The position numbers and the translations under genes are program-made. Shown piece after piece: positions 40,364-44,356 of a stretch of DNA of 44,356 nucleotides (the first letter of the stretch is position 1; each line of letters starts with the position of its first letter). Source of the DNA: a virus (lineage: Duplodnaviria; Caudoviricetes); the IMG/VR virus record IMGVR_UViG_3300012665_001829, positions 1 to 44,356 of that record, one strand, 5' to 3'. Below the pieces are notes generated by a model. That model did not search any database, was not told where the DNA came from, and worked only from the letters and a program-made list of their open reading frames with translations.

Positions 40364-42741
40364 TGAAATGGGATTTATTCAATCCAATACCTAATTTTAA
40401 TTATAATCATATGTCAAAGAAACTAGATATAGAATCTTTAGAGAATCCGTATGTTCAAGTTATTTGGGAAGATACTCCTGAAAACTTTACACAAGAAAGG
40501 ATTAAGTCCGTGAAACAATACTTCATGAAGAAGTATGTTTCATCAAACGTAAATGTTATCACTAAGGTAAAGACATCCGATGAAGTTCAGCAAACCATAG
40601 ATGTTGCGGTTAACATTATGGATAAAAATTATCAAAAGGAACTTATCAAATCTTTGTTGGAATCTAAAGGAATTGATAATCATTTTGATGATATCATGAA
40701 TATTGATATTGCTGTTGAAAATAAGATGGTTTCTGAAGATGATGATGTTAGTCCATTCAAACGTTGGTACATCAAGAAGATTGAGTTTTCTAACTTCTTA
40801 TCTTATGGTGAGAGTCAGGTGTTGGATTTTGATAAATGTAGAGGTATTACAGTTGTTGAGTCTAATCCACCAAACTTTGGAGGTAAGACGGTATTAACTG
40901 TTGACCTATTAATGTTCTTATTTTTCAACACAACAACCAAAACAAACAAGGCTGAGGAAATATTTAACAGGTTTACTGATAAAAATAAAGTAAATGTTAA
41001 AGGTGAGATTCTTATTGATGGTGAAGAATATATCATTGTTCGTCAGTTAGAAAGAAAAAAATCAAAATCTGGTGATTGGAATGTTAAAACTGAACTAGAC
41101 TTTTTTAAAAGACTTTCGGATGGACAATTACAAAACTTTACAGGAGAACAAAGGAGAGAAACGGAAGAGTTCATCAAAAAGTCTATTGGAACTATGGATG
41201 ATTTCTTGATGACGATTCTAACTACCGCATCTAATCTGGAAGAACTTTTGGAGGCCAAGCCAACGGCAAGAGGTCAAGTCCTATCAAGGTTTCTTGGATT
41301 GGAGTTCCTAAAGAAAAAAGAGGAATATGGTAAAGAAATTTATTCTCAATTTTCTAAAGGAATGTTGTCAAATGTTTATAATACGGAATCTTTGAAACAA
41401 GAAATAACATCACTTGGTGAAGAGATTATTAAACTTAATTCACAAATAGAAACAGCAAATAAAGGAGTTTTTGATGTTGATGAAAGACTTCAAAAAGGTC
41501 AGGAATATAAAGAAAATCTATTGAAGACAAAGTTTAATGATTTAGATAAAGAGTTGGTTATTCTCAATCCTGTATCATTAGATAATGATATCCTTGATGT
41601 TTCAAACAAAATTACTGAAATCAAGAAAAAAATAGATGAGGTAAAGATTGTTGAACCAACAGAGTTTTATCATGAAGACAAACATGATTCAATCAGGGAT
41701 GAGATGAAATCCGTTAATGGTGAATTGGTTCTTGCTCAAAACAAAGTTAAAGAGATTGAGGAGTTAATTAGAAAGTTTGGTGATGGAATACAATGTGAGC
41801 ATTGTGGTATCAAATTGATGGAAGCGGCTCTAACAAAGAAGAAGATAGACGAACTATCTGATTGGGAAAATAAAGTTGATAAATTAAGTAAGAAATGGAA
41901 AGACCTTGATATCAAGGAAAAATCTTATACTCAACTTAAAAAAGACTTTGATGAATATGAAAGAAATAAGCTAATCAAAGAAAAACATGAGGCAACATTA
42001 GAATCTGCAAATCTTAGGTTTAATCAACTAAAGGATAAGAAGAAAAGATACGAAGAGGTTCAAGATAAGATTAAGAAGAACAAAGAAATTGATTCTCAGT
42101 TGATGAAAGCAACCATGAGGATTGATGAACTTATCAACGAGAAGAGGGGATATGAAAGAGTAATAACTTCTAATCAGATTGGTATTAAAAACTATCAAGA
42201 AAGAATTACCAAGAACAACGAAAACATAACCAAGATTGCGGAAGAGTTTGAAAGAGAAAAAATATATAAAATTTATCTTGATGTCTTTGGAAAGAATGGT
42301 ATCAGTAAGATTATAATGAAGACAATGATGCCAATTATTAATCAGGAACTTCAAAGGTTGTTAATGGATTCTTGTTATTTTAATCTTGAGATTAGAATTA
42401 ATGAAAAGAATGAAGTTGAGTTCATGATGATTGATAACTCTACCGGTATTGAGAAGTTGATGACAAGTGGTAGTGGTTATGAAAAGACCATTGCGTCCAT
42501 GGCTTTGAGAGCGGTATTAAGTAAGGTATGTTCTCTACCAAAACCAAATATCATTGTTTGGGACGAGGTCTTCGGTAAGGTAAGTAATGAAAACTTGGAG
42601 ATGGTTGGTGAATTCTTCACAAAAATGAGGGATTACTTTGAAAAGATATTTGTTATAACTCATAATCCTTTGGTTAATAACTGGGCAGACAATGTGGTCC
42701 GAATAACAAAGACAGAAAATATTTCAAAAGTCTCACAATAG
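40363..42741 (+). CDS. sbcC: Rad50/SbcC-like (T4 gp46-like) SMC ATPase with N-terminal extension
   Basis: FSNFLSYG, NFGGKT Walker A, CEHC zinc hook, SGYEK signature, VWDE Walker B, ITH. Confidence 0.88.
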   Translation: MKWDLFNPIPNFNYNHMSKKLDIESLENPYVQVIWEDTPENFTQERIKSVKQYFMKKYVSSNVNVITKVKTSDEVQQTIDVAVNIMDKNYQKELIKSLLESKGIDNHFDDIMNIDIAVENKMVSEDDDVSPFKRWYIKKIEFSNFLSYGESQVLDFDKCRGITVVESNPPNFGGKTVLTVDLLMFLFFNTTTKTNKAEEIFNRFTDKNKVNVKGEILIDGEEYIIVRQLERKKSKSGDWNVKTELDFFKRLSDGQLQNFTGEQRRETEEFIKKSIGTMDDFLMTILTTASNLEELLEAKPTARGQVLSRFLGLEFLKKKEEYGKEIYSQFSKGMLSNVYNTESLKQEITSLGEEIIKLNSQIETANKGVFDVDERLQKGQEYKENLLKTKFNDLDKELVILNPVSLDNDILDVSNKITEIKKKIDEVKIVEPTEFYHEDKHDSIRDEMKSVNGELVLAQNKVKEIEELIRKFGDGIQCEHCGIKLMEAALTKKKIDELSDWENKVDKLSKKWKDLDIKEKSYTQLKKDFDEYERNKLIKEKHEATLESANLRFNQLKDKKKRYEEVQDKIKKNKEIDSQLMKATMRIDELINEKRGYERVITSNQIGIKNYQERITKNNENITKIAEEFEREKIYKIYLDVFGKNGISKIIMKTMMPIINQELQRLLMDSCYFNLEIRINEKNEVEFMMIDNSTGIEKLMTSGSGYEKTIASMALRAVLSKVCSLPKPNIIVWDEVFGKVSNENLEMVGEFFTKMRDYFEKIFVITHNPLVNNWADNVVRITKTENISKVSQ

Positions 42742-42756
42742 TGTGAGATTTTTTTT
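42731..42756 (+). terminator. Intrinsic terminator overlapping the sbcC stop
   Basis: TCTCACA-ATAG-TGTGAGA followed by T8; immediately overlapped by TATCTTTG (-7-like). Confidence 0.7.
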
Positions 42757-42784
42757 ATCTTTGATATTAATAAAAAATAAAATT

Positions 42785-43375
42785 ATGGATGAGAAAGTTG
42801 AGTTGTTTAGAGAAAAAGTATTAATGCTTGCTAAAAAAGTTAAAGAAGAATCGGAAATTACGAGAACAACTTATGGGTCAACAACATATTTTTTGTTTGG
42901 GCCTAGAATCTCAACACAATCAGTTGTAATCAAATTTGGTAATAGATTTGAAACGTTATTAAATGAATTTTCAACTTCATTAGGAATTAATTCGCATTTT
43001 AACGATATTAAGCAGATTAATGGATATCAGGTAGATAGTCTTCGACTTATAGGTGATTGTTTGGATTATGAAGAACAAAAAAATAATCCTGGACTTGATT
43101 CTGAAAAGGCACCGGCAACTCTAAATAAAATAATTAATATTAAAGATTGGTTAACTAAAGAATATCCACAATATAGAGTTAGAGGATGTATTTTTCATAC
43201 TATGGCGTGGGAGGAAAAGGATGCGCCTGATTTTAAAGTGTATTATGAAAGGTACAAAAAAAATGGAATATATGTTAAAACAATGAAAGAGTATTTCGAA
43301 AGTTTAAAAATTCAAATAACAAAAAAAGAATATGAAAGTATCACTGAAGAAGTCAGAAGTATTTTCAATTCTTAA
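42785..43375 (+). CDS. Putative PD-(D/E)xK nuclease, possible type II restriction endonuclease
   Basis: FGNRFE...QVD...YEEQK pattern; adjacent to a DNA methylase. ATG at 42785 preferred. Confidence 0.45.
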   Translation: MDEKVELFREKVLMLAKKVKEESEITRTTYGSTTYFLFGPRISTQSVVIKFGNRFETLLNEFSTSLGINSHFNDIKQINGYQVDSLRLIGDCLDYEEQKNNPGLDSEKAPATLNKIINIKDWLTKEYPQYRVRGCIFHTMAWEEKDAPDFKVYYERYKKNGIYVKTMKEYFESLKIQITKKEYESITEEVRSIFNS

Positions 43376-43396
43376 TTAAGATTTATATTTATATTT

Positions 43397-44239
43397 ATGT
43401 CATTAAAAACAAAAAATCAGTTGAAACCGCTTTGTAAATGGTCAGGAGGAAAAAGGAATGAAATTCAATATTTTAAAAAATATTACCCAAAAGATTTTAA
43501 AGTATTTTTAGAACCATTTGCAGGAGGTGCCGCCGCTTTTTTTGATTTAAATTTTGAAGGTTTAAATGTTATAAATGATATTCATCCTGAATTAATTAAT
43601 TTTTATAAACAAATTTCATTAGGTTATGCGGAAGAAATATATAACTTAATTATTTCATTTGGTTTAGGTGAAAAAGAATATTATATTGTTAGAGGGGGTG
43701 GAAAAAAACTAATAAACGGAGAAATCCCGTTTAAACCAACAACTGATATTGAAAGAGCTGCTCAGTTTTACTATCTTAGAAAAACATGTTTCAGAGGTAT
43801 GTTAAGATATAATGAAAAGGGACAATTTAATATTCCTTGGGGAAAGTATAAAACAGTTAATTTTGAAGATTTAAAAAATAAAAATTATACTGAGTTATTA
43901 TCAAGAACTGATATCATGATTGGGGATTATACTAAAGTTTTTGAAAAATATAATTCACAGGATAATTTTTATTTTATTGACCAGCCATACGATTCAGTTT
44001 TTAATGATTATGGGTTTGATAATTTCGATAGAAAAAAACAGATTGAACTTTCTGAAATTTTTAAAAATACTGAGAGTAAATGTTTAATGGTTGTTGGGGG
44101 AAGTGATTTTATACGAGAATTATATGATGGTTATATTAAATTTGAATATCCTAAAAAATATGCATTTAAATTGTATGATGGTAGAGTTGGGGATGAGATA
44201 AATGTCAACCATTTAATTATAACTAATTATGAAATATAA
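43397..44239 (+). CDS. dam: Dam-family (D12 class) DNA adenine methyltransferase
   Basis: KWSGGK, EPFAGG, IND, R.N..G.FN.P.G, D(Q)PY, IITNY. Confidence 0.9.
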   Translation: MSLKTKNQLKPLCKWSGGKRNEIQYFKKYYPKDFKVFLEPFAGGAAAFFDLNFEGLNVINDIHPELINFYKQISLGYAEEIYNLIISFGLGEKEYYIVRGGGKKLINGEIPFKPTTDIERAAQFYYLRKTCFRGMLRYNEKGQFNIPWGKYKTVNFEDLKNKNYTELLSRTDIMIGDYTKVFEKYNSQDNFYFIDQPYDSVFNDYGFDNFDRKKQIELSEIFKNTESKCLMVVGGSDFIRELYDGYIKFEYPKKYAFKLYDGRVGDEINVNHLIITNYEI

Positions 44240-44265
44240 TAATTAATTCAACTTATAGATGGTTT

Positions 44266-44297
44266 TTTGTTTTAGTTAAATAATTTCCATATATTTG
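44266..44297 (+). promoter_or_regulatory. Bacteroidota-type -33/-7 promoter
   Basis: TTTG(44266)-N20-TATATTTG(44290), followed by CA as at 35445; ATG at 44302. Confidence 0.65.
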
Positions 44298-44301
44298 CAC
44301 C

Positions 44302-44356
44302 ATGCAAATATTCTTACCATATCCCGACATGAGGAAGTCCCTTCAATCTCTTGACA
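44302..44356 (+). CDS. Pyrimidine dimer DNA glycosylase / MSMEG_6728-like protein (3' partial)
   Basis: MQIFLPYPDMRKSLQSLD resembles the family N-terminus MQTFLPYPDF...LD; only 18 codons are visible. Confidence 0.6.
   Translation, partial: MQIFLPYPDMRKSLQSLD

Noticed and set aside
40131-40382. Antisense ORF with (RYHV)n; possible CRISPR-like array
   Set aside because: Shadow of the 12-bp VNTR; there are no spacers, so it is not CRISPR.
1-44356. Stop-codon recoding
   Set aside because: Genes are long and intact in code 11, and TAA, TAG and TGA all end genes at plausible boundaries.
1-44356. Eukaryotic giant virus or bacterial chromosome origin
   Set aside because: The S74 tail fibre, DnaG-type primase, gp46/47-like pair and coupled operons favour a tailed phage. 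No tRNA, rRNA, integrase or transposase was seen.

Overview
This AT-rich, densely coding window reads as a segment of a large (jumbo/huge) tailed phage. A Bacteroidota host is likely, based on TTTG-N20-TAnnTTTG promoters, no obvious Shine-Dalgarno motifs, and SprB-like and DUF5977-like domains. It has four modules. (1) The 3' part of a tail fibre with a (Gly-X-Ser)49 repeat and an S74 chaperone domain. (2) An ~11 kb divergently transcribed glycan-synthesis and decoration island (2584-13692). Its centre is a GT4 / Aah-TibC-type protein O-heptosyltransferase / FkbM fusion, with an aminotransferase, two acyltransferases, further GT-like proteins and five methyltransferase domains in total. (3) ~21 kb of putative virion genes (13732-34819) encoding Cys-rich modular proteins with long mucin-like Thr/Pro tracts, several preceded by a TATTTAT motif. 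(4) A replication/recombination module (RuvC, primase, exonuclease, AdoMet decarboxylase, Mre11/Rad50), a putative REase + Dam pair, and the start of a pyrimidine-dimer glycosylase. The best candidate for an undescribed system is a phage-encoded protein O-glycosylation pathway placed beside its probable substrates, which would build a mucin-like 'glycocalyx' on the virion. All family calls come from motif recognition by eye, not database searches.
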